This document shows, piece after piece, positions 1-8,055 of a stretch of DNA of 32,000 nucleotides. Origin of the DNA: Demequinaceae bacterium. GTDB taxonomy: Bacteria; Actinomycetota; Actinomycetes; Actinomycetales; Demequinaceae. Numbering within the stretch: position 1 is the first letter of the stretch; the number at the start of each line of letters is the position of its first letter. The notes beneath the pieces are model-generated. The model saw nothing but the letters and a program-made list of their open reading frames with translations, was not told the DNA's origin and did no database searches. The translations under genes were made by a program, and so were the position numbers. The stretch lies in assembly GCA_965250005.1 (NCBI GenBank), contig OZ252279.1, forward strand, positions 240,001-272,000. The letters run 5' to 3'.

Positions 1-133
1 GGCCGACGCCCTGGATGGCGCCTATCAGTTCGGCCTCATCCATCGCGCCGACATGATTGGTCACTTCGAAGCCCGCCGAGGTCAGTATCTCGGTGGCCTG
101 TGGATGAAGATTTTCTAGGAGGAGTGCTCGCAC
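1..133 (-). CDS. serA: D-3-phosphoglycerate dehydrogenase (SerA-like), N-terminal fragment; 3' end lies beyond the left edge
   Basis: Manual reverse-strand translation from a GTG at 133..131 gives VRALLLENLHPQATEILTSAGFEVTNHVGAMDEAELIGAIQGVG, which resembles the N-terminus of SerA proteins (LL-EN-HP-A---L---G--V--..GALDE-EL---I). Not in the supplied ORF track because it is truncated. Confidence 0.65.
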   Translation of the reverse strand, partial: MRALLLENLHPQATEILTSAGFEVTNHVGAMDEAELIGAIQGVG

Positions 134-160
134 GGAAACTATGCTCTCGTACTTTCGTCG

Positions 161-1003
161 GTGGACCAACTTGGCTGGTTTCCGTGGCAGGCTATGCGCA
201 TGGGTAGAGCAGGCAGATTCACTGTAATGATGGTGGCGTTCGTCGCAGCAGTCTTGGTCGCGTTCGTGTTTTCGGGCCTCACGGTTACCGACGTCCAGCA
301 TCTCGGCACGCCGCGCAACGCCATCGTCGACGGTGGAGAGGAAGTCAGAGTTCCGGTTCCTCCTGCGTCAGATGGGCGCGTGTTGCCTGTCGTTACGTCG
401 CCAAGCGAGGGCGACTATGGATTCATGTTTCTTGATGGCGCTGCCCCCATCCGGTACGACCCATGCCGCCCGATCGAATTTGTCATCGCCCCCAGCGGCG
501 GCCCTCTGGGGGGCGACGATCTCATCAAGGAAGCCTTCGAGCAGGTGTCCACGGCGTCGGGGCTCGCGTTTGTATTCAAGGGCCACACGTCCGAAGAGGC
601 AAGTTTCGAACGGTCGCTGATCCAGCCCGACGTGTACGGCGAAAACTTCGCTCCCGTGATTGTCGGCTGGTCAGATGAGACGGTAGTTGCGGACCTCGCG
701 GGCGCCGTTACAGGACTCGGTGGCTCAAGTTCCGTGACGGGCGCGTACGGGCCAGAGCGCTTTCTGACCTCGGGTGTCGTTATCCTCGACGGCCCAGACA
801 TTCTCGAGCTGCTCGGCACGGAGAACAGTAGGCAGATTGCACTCGCCGTTGTCATGCATGAGCTGGGCCACGTCGTGGGCCTCGCCCATGTCGACAACGA
901 ACTCGAACTGATGAATGCATCCAACACCTGGCTTACGGCGTGGGGAAGCGGAGATCTTGCCGGTCTCGCCGCCGCTGGCGCCGGACCGTGCCAGGAGGTC
1001 TAA
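161..1003 (+). CDS. Membrane-anchored/secreted matrixin-like zinc metalloprotease (start GTG 161 or ATG 194)
   Basis: N-terminal hydrophobic segment (FTVMMVAFVAAVLVAFVFSGLTV) and a full extended zinc motif HELGHVVGLAHV (HExxHxxGxxH) followed by ELMNASN (possible Met-turn). Confidence 0.75.
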   Translation: MDQLGWFPWQAMRMGRAGRFTVMMVAFVAAVLVAFVFSGLTVTDVQHLGTPRNAIVDGGEEVRVPVPPASDGRVLPVVTSPSEGDYGFMFLDGAAPIRYDPCRPIEFVIAPSGGPLGGDDLIKEAFEQVSTASGLAFVFKGHTSEEASFERSLIQPDVYGENFAPVIVGWSDETVVADLAGAVTGLGGSSSVTGAYGPERFLTSGVVILDGPDILELLGTENSRQIALAVVMHELGHVVGLAHVDNELELMNASNTWLTAWGSGDLAGLAAAGAGPCQEV

Positions 1004-3168
1004 CCGGCTGGTTGTAGGCCTGCGGGCAGCGAGCCCTGATAGACCACTTCTAGGCTCCTGATGGGCCGCGTGAGCGCCACGTAGAGATCCCCAGGGTGCG
1101 CGGCGATCGTTGCCGGGTCCACAAGTACGACTACATCGAATTCGAGTCCCTTTGCCTCACGTGGCGTCAACACGCTCATGCCCTCTGCCTCGACGTCGGC
1201 GCGCAGGCCCGCGACCTGAACAGGTGGCGCGATGATCGCGACCTCTCCGCCTCCGGTGCGCTCAAGCATTGAGGCGCAATCGAGCGCGATTTGCAGAGCC
1301 GCGGCCAGCGCGTCCTCTGCCTGCGTGAACCGCACGGAGTCCTCCGCGTCGCGCGCGGCGGTCAGCTCGCTCGCAGGAAGTCCAGCGGCGCGGGCATATG
1401 ATTGCGCGACGTCGGCAACGTCAGCTGGGATCCGGTAGGACACGGTGAGTTCGCGGAGCGCCCAGTTCTCTCCGAACAGCCGGTCGAAGGTTTCTGGCCA
1501 CCACCTGGTCCCTGCGCCCGCTGCGGTCTGCGCGACGTCTCCGACGATGGTGAAGGATCGCGACGGGCAGCGCCGGAGGAGCATTCGCCACGCCATGGGC
1601 GATAGTTCCTGCGCCTCGTCGACCACGATGTGGCCAAAGGTCCATGTCCGGTCGCGCGAGGCGCGCTCGGCGACGCTCTCGCCGCTGCGGCCACCCTGCA
1701 TCCGCCGCGCGAGGTCGTCCGCTGAGACCATTCCTCTTGCGCCCGCATTCGAGATCGACTGACGGGCGTAGTCGAGCTCTTCGGAGCTGATCGCGGCCGT
1801 ACGCTTCTTGCGTCCCGGCAACTCGCCGAGAAGCTCCGCGGCCTCGTCAAGTAGCGGCACGTCGGCGTCGGTAAACGCGCCCGTCGCCGGACGGTGAAGG
1901 AGGCCGCATTCGGCGGCCGTTAGTTGCGGCGCCGCGTGCCGGAGCAGGTGCGGATGACGGTAAAGATCGGCAAGTAGTTGGGAGGCCGTGATCGGCAGCC
2001 ACATGAGATTTAGGGCGACCCGAATGTCGCGTGAGTCGCGCAAGTCGCGCGCGATGTCTTCGCGGTCATCCGCGCCAAGGCTCTCGCCCAACTGGTCCAC
2101 GATTTGAGTCGCCAGGCGCGACAACATGTCCTTTGCGAATGCGCTCCGCGCAACGTTGTGCGGGCGGCCGTCGTGCCGTGCCTGCGCTTGAGCGGATCGA
2201 ACATCCTCCCGCTTGATGATGACGATGCGGCCGTCGATCGAGATTTCTTGATTCGTGCGAGGCACTCGCTGGCGCTCGCGCACTGCCGCCTTGATCACTG
2301 CGGCCATGTTCAACCGGCCCTTGACCTCCGCAACGGCGTCGTCCTCGATCGTCTGCGTGTCAATGTTGCGCACGAGGCCACCAAGGGTTGTGGAGATGGC
2401 ACCCGTCTCGCCGAGCGAGGGGAGCACTCTGTCGATGTATCGCAGGAACGACTTCGACGGCCCGATTAGCAAGACACCCGAGCGCTCAAGCTGCTCGCGG
2501 TGGTGATACAGCAAATAGGCAGCGCGGTGTAGGGCGACGGCCGTCTTGCCGGTGCCCGGGCCTCCCTGAACCACAAGCGCCCCGGACATAGGTGAGCGGA
2601 TTACGGCGTCCTGCTCGGCTTGGATGGTGGCGACGATGTCAGTCATTTTCCCGGTTCGACGGGCGTCTAGAGCCGCGAGCAGCGCACCCTCGCCTGCCAG
2701 CTCGCTGGCGTCGCCTCGTTTCCTCAGCGCCTCGACATCCAGAACGTCGTCCTCGATTGCGGTGACTTCGCGACCAATTGTTGTCAGGTGGCGGCGGCTC
2801 ACGACGCCCGCCGGGTTCGCCGCTGTGGCACTATAGAATGACCGAGCGGCGGGCGCCCGCCAGTCCGTTAGCAGGGGAGCGTGCGTCGCGTCGCTGAGGC
2901 CGATCCGACCGACGTAGAACCGGTCATCCAATCCCTGGTCTAGCCGACCGAAGCACAAGCGGTCCTCGACCGCGTCTAACTGCGCGATTCGATCCTCGTA
3001 GAGAGTGGCGAAGGCGTCTCGTTCCGAGCGGTTCTGAGGGGATCCGGATGGCCCCTCGCGGCGGATGGCGTCGAGGCGCGCGGCGGCTTCGTCGCGGATG
3101 GCGTCGAGGCGCGCGTAGAGCACGTTGACCACGGTTTGTTCCGCAGCCAGACCCTGTGCGTCGTGCAT
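1000..3168 (-). CDS. HelD/HelR-family UvrD/Rep-like ATPase (RNA polymerase-associated helicase-like protein)
   Basis: 722 aa; YVGRIGLSDATHAPLLTDWRAPAARSFYSATAANPAGVVSRRHL signature, Walker A GGPGTGKTAVALHRAAYLLY, HIVVDEAQELSPMAWRML (DEAQ Walker B), late motif VTPREAKGLEFDVVVLVDP and YVALTRPIRSLEVVY typical of the SF1 HelD class. Confidence 0.88.
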   Translation of the reverse strand: MHDAQGLAAEQTVVNVLYARLDAIRDEAAARLDAIRREGPSGSPQNRSERDAFATLYEDRIAQLDAVEDRLCFGRLDQGLDDRFYVGRIGLSDATHAPLLTDWRAPAARSFYSATAANPAGVVSRRHLTTIGREVTAIEDDVLDVEALRKRGDASELAGEGALLAALDARRTGKMTDIVATIQAEQDAVIRSPMSGALVVQGGPGTGKTAVALHRAAYLLYHHREQLERSGVLLIGPSKSFLRYIDRVLPSLGETGAISTTLGGLVRNIDTQTIEDDAVAEVKGRLNMAAVIKAAVRERQRVPRTNQEISIDGRIVIIKREDVRSAQAQARHDGRPHNVARSAFAKDMLSRLATQIVDQLGESLGADDREDIARDLRDSRDIRVALNLMWLPITASQLLADLYRHPHLLRHAAPQLTAAECGLLHRPATGAFTDADVPLLDEAAELLGELPGRKKRTAAISSEELDYARQSISNAGARGMVSADDLARRMQGGRSGESVAERASRDRTWTFGHIVVDEAQELSPMAWRMLLRRCPSRSFTIVGDVAQTAAGAGTRWWPETFDRLFGENWALRELTVSYRIPADVADVAQSYARAAGLPASELTAARDAEDSVRFTQAEDALAAALQIALDCASMLERTGGGEVAIIAPPVQVAGLRADVEAEGMSVLTPREAKGLEFDVVVLVDPATIAAHPGDLYVALTRPIRSLEVVYQGSLPAGLQPAG

Positions 3169-3291
3169 TGAGAAGCCCCCAGAATTGACTGGCGTCGAAA
3201 TAGGTCAGCCTTCCATTATGCCAACTGCGTATGGCCTCCGGGTCACGTATACCCGTTTCGGGATGTTGATGCGTGAGACAATGGAGACACG

Positions 3292-4215
3292 ATGAGCGAA
3301 GAACTGGTGACATGGAATGCGGAAGGCGTGGCTGCATGGGCAGAACGCAACAACAAAGACTTGAGCGTGCTGGTGGTGTTTCTTCGTGGGTTTATTGATG
3401 CAGGACACGCGGGACAGATCGCCGCTAGGCATCTCTTGGATCAGGGAGAGCCGACGCGAGTCGCAACGTTTGATGTAGACCGGCTCCTTGACTACCGCTC
3501 TCGCCGCCCCGAAATGGTATTCAACGTGAATTCGTGGAGTGAATACGACGAGCCGTATCTTCAGGTGGACATGCTTTCGGACGCGGCGGGCAAACCGTTC
3601 CTGTTGCTTCACGGACTCGAACCAGACGTGCTGTGGGAGCGCTATATTGCGGCAGTGCGCGACATTGCTGATCGGCTGGGAGTGACGCTTACTGTAGGCG
3701 CACACGGTATTCCCATGGCCGCGCCTCACACGCGGCCGCTTACGGCGACTGTTCACGGAACCCATCCCGACACGTTGCCGGTGTCGCCGAATCTCTTCGC
3801 CACCGTCACGGTGCCGGCTAGCGCGGGCAACCTTCTTGAATACCGGTTCGGACAGTGGGGATTGACGGCCGCTAACGTCGCGGTCCACGTTCCGCATTAC
3901 TTAGCCCAGTCCCGCTATCCGCACGCTGCCGTTCGCGGACTCGCGTCGATCGAGGAGGTCTCCGGTCTCGCACTAGAAACGGATGCGCTCGCCGACGCGA
4001 TCAGCTCCGCCGACGTGGAAATCGCCCGCCAACTGGACGAATCGGACGAGGTTCAGGCGCTCGTCGTCGCCCTCGAAGAGCAGTACGACGCGCTCGTCGA
4101 ATCCCGCGAGGGCGTGCTTCCCGTGGACGGGATGATCCCCACTGCAGACGAATTGGGCGCGGAATTTGAGAAATTCCTTGCCGATCGAGGACCGGAATAC
4201 CCCGGATCGGCCTAA
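3292..4215 (+). CDS. PAC2 family protein (proteasome assembly chaperone-like fold)
   Basis: LRGFIDAGHAGQIAARHLL...RVATFDVDRLLDYRSRRPEMVFNVNSWSEYDEPYLQVDMLSDAAGKPFLLLHGLEPDVLWERY...GIPMAAPHTRP matches the actinobacterial PAC2 pattern. Confidence 0.85.
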   Translation: MSEELVTWNAEGVAAWAERNNKDLSVLVVFLRGFIDAGHAGQIAARHLLDQGEPTRVATFDVDRLLDYRSRRPEMVFNVNSWSEYDEPYLQVDMLSDAAGKPFLLLHGLEPDVLWERYIAAVRDIADRLGVTLTVGAHGIPMAAPHTRPLTATVHGTHPDTLPVSPNLFATVTVPASAGNLLEYRFGQWGLTAANVAVHVPHYLAQSRYPHAAVRGLASIEEVSGLALETDALADAISSADVEIARQLDESDEVQALVVALEEQYDALVESREGVLPVDGMIPTADELGAEFEKFLADRGPEYPGSA

Positions 4216-4300
4216 TCCGTGTCATAATTGAGTCGTTGCAGTAGGCATCGTGTGCAGTACCTGTCTGGTTTTCCGGCGCAGGATTGGGACACAAGCATTG

Positions 4301-4348
4301 CGGCAGCGAGGCCGGACGATTTGTCCGGCTGCCGAGTCCCCTAGGGGA
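4301..4348 (+). promoter_or_regulatory. Structured csp leader: bulged hairpin CGGCA-gcgag-GCCGGAC-gattt-GTCCGGC-TGCCG followed by palindrome TCCCCTAGGGGA
   Basis: Perfect 7-bp inner stem (4311..4317 / 4323..4329), 5-bp outer stem (4301..4305 / 4330..4334), and a perfect 12-bp palindrome 4337..4348, 20 nt before the csp start codon. Confidence 0.5.
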
Positions 4349-4368
4349 ATACAGATAGGAATGCAGTA

Positions 4369-4572
4369 ATGGCACAGGGTTCTGTGAAATGGTTCAACTC
4401 TGAAAAGGGCTTTGGATTCATCGCCCAAGACGGCGGCGGCCAGGACGTATTCGTCCACTACTCCGCTATCGAGTCCGACGGCTACCGCTCCCTCGAGGAG
4501 CAGCAGCGTGTTGAGTTCGAGGTCACCGAGGGCCCCAAGGGCCCCCAGGCAGAGAAGGTTCGCCCCATCTAA
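4369..4572 (+). CDS. csp: Cold-shock protein, CspA family
   Basis: 67 aa [34 protein letters not shown]..., with RNP1 (KGFGFI) and RNP2 (VFVHY) motifs; TAGGA 8 nt before the ATG. Confidence 0.95.
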   Translation: MAQGSVKWFNSEKGFGFIAQDGGGQDVFVHYSAIESDGYRSLEEQQRVEFEVTEGPKGPQAEKVRPI

Positions 4573-4588
4573 TTTGGGCAAATCGTCG

Positions 4589-4620
4589 CGAAGGCCGTCC
4601 CCTCCGGGGGGCGGCCTTCG
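4589..4620. terminator. Probable bidirectional intrinsic-type terminator hairpin between convergent csp and spermidine-synthase-like genes
   Basis: CGAAGGCCG (4589..4597) pairs with CGGCCTTCG (4612..4620), with additional CCCC/GGGG pairing inside; it lies between two convergent stop codons. No long T tract. Confidence 0.6.
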
Positions 4621-4651
4621 TCGTTCCCCGGCAGCGAGAGTATGGTGGCGC

Positions 4652-5425
4652 TCAAGCACCCCAACTCGCGCGCACCACGGTAGGCACTGGCGTAGATGCC
4701 GCGTAGGCTCGCAACCGGTCTGTGGGAATGCGATCGCCGGCAATGAGGACTATGTTGCCGATGCGCTTGCCACCAGATGCACCCGGGTCCCCCACGGCGC
4801 ACGTCGATTTGAAGTAGTTGGCTGCGGCTCGCGCGTCGGCCTGCGGCGCGTGCGTGCGCGGCCGCACGGCGATATTTGCCACCACGATTCCGCCAGGGCG
4901 GACGACGCGCTTGGCCTCTTGCCAGAATCCAGCGTCTGCGAGGTGGGAGGGAGTGGAGTCGCCCGCAAATGCATCGCGCACAATGAGGTCCGCGCTGTCG
5001 GCGTGACGGCCTTGCAGTACTTGTAGAGCATCGGCGACCCGGATGCGCATCCTTGGTGCCCGCGGCAAGTCCCACCACTCACGGGCAAAACTGGCGAGAG
5101 CGCCATCCGTTTCCGCCACGATATGCCGCGAGTCGGGGTACGCGTGAGCGAGGTAGCGCGGCAGCGTGCATATTCCCCCGCCCAGGTGGATAGCGAGCAT
5201 TTTCTCGGGAGGTCTCCAGGCCACCACCGCGCCTGCGATGTGGCGCATGTACTCGAAGTCGAGTCGAGCCGGGTCAAGATGCATGGTCGAACTGGGAACA
5301 CCGTTGACCATGACAGACGTTGAACCATCGGGCTCGTCGCGCAACTCGACGGTGCCCGAATCGATTGGAAGTTGAAGCCGCCGGGCAACTCCTTCTGCGA
5401 TTCGAGAGTTGTAGGGTCGAGCCAT
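4652..5425 (-). CDS. Spermidine synthase-like / class I SAM-dependent methyltransferase-fold protein
   Basis: MLAIHLGGGICTLPRYLAHAYPDSRHIVAETDGALASFAREW... ADLIVRDAFAGDSTPSHLADAGFWQEAKRVVRPGGIVVANI fits the polyamine-synthase-like fold (LGGG nucleotide loop, D-DAF, R-L-PGG). Confidence 0.8.
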   Translation of the reverse strand: MARPYNSRIAEGVARRLQLPIDSGTVELRDEPDGSTSVMVNGVPSSTMHLDPARLDFEYMRHIAGAVVAWRPPEKMLAIHLGGGICTLPRYLAHAYPDSRHIVAETDGALASFAREWWDLPRAPRMRIRVADALQVLQGRHADSADLIVRDAFAGDSTPSHLADAGFWQEAKRVVRPGGIVVANIAVRPRTHAPQADARAAANYFKSTCAVGDPGASGGKRIGNIVLIAGDRIPTDRLRAYAASTPVPTVVRASWGA

Positions 5426-5510
5426 GATGACACACTAACGATTCGCGACTATGAGTTTGGCGCGAAGCAAACTATCCTGGTGTGACAGCACCAGCCTGGA
5501 GGAGGTCAAG

Positions 5511-5900
5511 ATGCCGCTGTCCGAATACGAGCAGCGCGTGCTCGATGAACTTGAGCGCGATCTCGGCACCGACCCCAAATTGAAGAACGCGATGGCGCGG
5601 GCGCCCCGGGCTTCGGGCCGATTGGCGACCACGGTGTTTGGCGTAATCCTCGGCCTCGGAATCGTGGTTGCCGGGGTAATGGCGCAGATTCCGCTTCTTG
5701 GCGTGGCGGGATTCGCCTTGATGATCATCGTGTCGCTATGGTCGCTACTCGGACCGTCGGGCCGGGCCCAGAAGACGGCGAAGGGCGGCAAGGCCGACAC
5801 CAAAGGAGGAGCAGCCAAGGGCAGCAAAAAGGGCCGTCAGGGCTTTATGTCGCGCCTCGAGGAGCGGTTCGAGCGCCGCCGCGAGCAGGGCGATCTGTAG
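5511..5900 (+). CDS. DUF3040 domain-containing membrane protein
   Basis: MPLSEYEQRVLDELERDLGTDPKL typical DUF3040 start, two hydrophobic segments; GGAGG 10 nt upstream of ATG 5511, so the ORF-track start at 5451 is likely too far upstream. Confidence 0.85.
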   Translation: MPLSEYEQRVLDELERDLGTDPKLKNAMARAPRASGRLATTVFGVILGLGIVVAGVMAQIPLLGVAGFALMIIVSLWSLLGPSGRAQKTAKGGKADTKGGAAKGSKKGRQGFMSRLEERFERRREQGDL

Positions 5901-8055
5901 TTTCCGTTCGCGCCCTTACGGCTTCGGCCACTACCTGATCTACCCACGCGTCCAGATCGATTTGCGTGACCTCGATTCCAAATGGCCCATACCGGTCGAG
6001 GGAAACCGCATGTGCGAGCGAGCGTAGCGCTGCCGCAGGAGCCTCCGAAAGCGGTCGGCCCGCGAGCCGCTCAATCCCCGACTCCACGTGGCGACGCGCT
6101 TCGAACGGCGTGAGCGACGATGGCCAAGCGAGGTCGCCGATCCGCCGAGCGAGGCGTGACCACGCGGCCTCCGGACCGTCCGCGCGGGTGCGGGCGTACT
6201 TCGACTTTTTGAGCCACCAATACATTCCGCCCAGCGCGGCGAGTACGACAAGGGAGGCGAGGGCGACGATGGCCCAGACTGGCAGGACTGGTGCGGAGAC
6301 CGCGCTGCCGGTGGGCTCAGAATCGCTCGGAAGGTCGGTCAAGGCGTCGTCGGGAGTCGAAAACTGGCCACCGTCGGGAAGCACGCCCGGTACGGGGACT
6401 TGGTTGACAGACGGGTTGGCCCACGTGGGTGGCGCGCCCGTCTGGATCGAAGGCGTGGGCTCGAACCTAACCCAACCGCGTTCGGGGAAATAGACCTCAG
6501 GCCACGCGTGAGCGTCGCCTCCCGTGATGACGTAGGTGCTCTCGTCGATGGCGTCGCCGGGAAGGAAGCCGACGGCGAGGCGAGTCGGAATGTCGAGCGA
6601 GCGCAACATCACCATCATGGTGGTGGCGAACTGAACGCAGTAGCCCGCGCGATTATCCAAGAACGACGACACTGCGTCTGCTCCGGTTGGGGAAACGGAG
6701 GTGTCGTAGGTGAAGTTCTGGTAGTTGCGCAGGTGATTCTGGATAAGGAGCGCGGTGTCGTAACGGGTTTCCGCCGTGGCGGTGACGTCGCGGGCAAGTG
6801 CTTCGACGCGTTCGAGATCGATTGTCGGGGCGACGGCCCGGTACTTGGGGTCGCGCTCGTCTGAGAAAACCCCCGAGACGAGCAATTGGTCGGCGGCGCG
6901 GAGATCGTCGGCGTTGTAGAAATTCAGGTCAGTGACGACCGTGTAACGCAGGTCGCGCGTAGTGGTACCGTCACCAATGACTTCGTCGGCCGCGCTGTTG
7001 TACTGCCACGGTCCGTCAATCTCGATGGTGCGGGGACTGGTCGGAATCGGCAGACTCTTTTCGATGAGCGATAGCACCGCAATATCGATGCGCACGCGAT
7101 CGCGGTCGGTCCAGCCGTAGACGGGTTCGGGCCACAGCACGCCCTGGGTCGCGGCTCGCTCCGTGATCTGCGGTTCCTCCCGGTCCCAGGCGGTCCCGTC
7201 AAATTCGGTAAACGTGTAAAGACGGAAGGCGTTGGGGCGCGCTCCCGACGTTCGATACGAAATGACCGGCGTGATCGAATTTGTGGTCAGCGAATTGCGC
7301 AAATCAAGTTCGAGATTCAGCCGCGTCGCGCCCGCGTCGAGTGATTCGACGCGTGGGAATGATCCCCACCCTGAGCCGGATAGCGCGGTTGGTACGGCAA
7401 GCATCATCAAGGCAATCGTGGCGGCGGTGGCAAGTGCGCCGGAAGAGAGCGTTGCGCCTCGATCTGCAGGAGCAGTCTTGCGCGACAATGCCATTATTCC
7501 GACCCAGCACGTGAGCGCGACCATGAAGTGGCCCGTCGAAACACCGAGGTTGGCGGCGATCGCGGGCAGCCACGGGATCAGCAGGCCGATTCCTGACGTC
7601 GCCGCCGCGCGCAAGGACACGGCCAGGTGATCGCACACAACAAACAGTGCGACGAACCCAGCCGTGAGGAGCGCACCGAGCGGTAGGCCAACTTCGACGC
7701 CCTGCGGTGTTGTTGCCGCAGCGTTCACGCCGTCTCCGAACGCTTTGACCAAGCTCGCAAATGCCTCGCCGGTTGGTAGCGCGAGTGTGTTCCCGTCCTC
7801 GTCGCGCGCGAATGCAGGGAGCATTGCCAGCACTGCGGCGACCGCTCCCGCGAGCGTAGGGAGCACTCGGGAGCGGGTTTTTAGGCGGACGACGATAATG
7901 ACCACAACGGTGACCGCGAAAACTGCGCCAGTTGTCCGCATCCAGGCGCCGAGCTCGACGAGTTTTCCTAGGCCCCATAGCCCCATGAAGACGCTGAGTG
8001 CCACGAGCGGAGTCGCCAGCCATGGCGAGCGGGCGGAGCGCAGGAAGTCGCTCAT
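5845..8055 (-). CDS. TgpA-like transglutaminase-domain membrane protein
   Basis: Multiple N-terminal TM helices, then transglutaminase core AVSSFLDNRAGYCVQFATTMMVMLRSLDIPTRLAVGFLPG...GGDAHAWPEVYFPERGWVRFEPTPS (C/H/D triad), C-terminal TM. Start taken as ATG 8055 (MSDFLRSARSPW), overlapping the upstream stop as ATGA. Confidence 0.88.
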   Translation of the reverse strand: MSDFLRSARSPWLATPLVALSVFMGLWGLGKLVELGAWMRTTGAVFAVTVVVIIVVRLKTRSRVLPTLAGAVAAVLAMLPAFARDEDGNTLALPTGEAFASLVKAFGDGVNAAATTPQGVEVGLPLGALLTAGFVALFVVCDHLAVSLRAAATSGIGLLIPWLPAIAANLGVSTGHFMVALTCWVGIMALSRKTAPADRGATLSSGALATAATIALMMLAVPTALSGSGWGSFPRVESLDAGATRLNLELDLRNSLTTNSITPVISYRTSGARPNAFRLYTFTEFDGTAWDREEPQITERAATQGVLWPEPVYGWTDRDRVRIDIAVLSLIEKSLPIPTSPRTIEIDGPWQYNSAADEVIGDGTTTRDLRYTVVTDLNFYNADDLRAADQLLVSGVFSDERDPKYRAVAPTIDLERVEALARDVTATAETRYDTALLIQNHLRNYQNFTYDTSVSPTGADAVSSFLDNRAGYCVQFATTMMVMLRSLDIPTRLAVGFLPGDAIDESTYVITGGDAHAWPEVYFPERGWVRFEPTPSIQTGAPPTWANPSVNQVPVPGVLPDGGQFSTPDDALTDLPSDSEPTGSAVSAPVLPVWAIVALASLVVLAALGGMYWWLKKSKYARTRADGPEAAWSRLARRIGDLAWPSSLTPFEARRHVESGIERLAGRPLSEAPAAALRSLAHAVSLDRYGPFGIEVTQIDLDAWVDQVVAEAVRARTETTDRPARGGARTAPRGAT

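Noticed and set aside
1-118. Plus-strand open frame ending at TAG 116..118 (ADALDGAYQFGLIHRADMIGHFEARRGQYLGGLWMKIF)
   Set aside because: Initially looked like a C-terminus, but the minus-strand reading gives a SerA-like N-terminus with a start codon, which is a better explanation.
4222-4743. Long minus-strand ORF (173 aa)
   Set aside because: It lies opposite the cold-shock gene and its leader/terminator; the plus-strand Csp protein is unmistakable and the minus translation is compositional (high GC) with no recognisable domain.
7304-8023. 239-aa minus-strand ORF overlapping the TgpA-like gene in another frame
   Set aside because: Arg-rich out-of-frame translation of a coding region; the TgpA-like frame has TM helices and continues into the transglutaminase domain.
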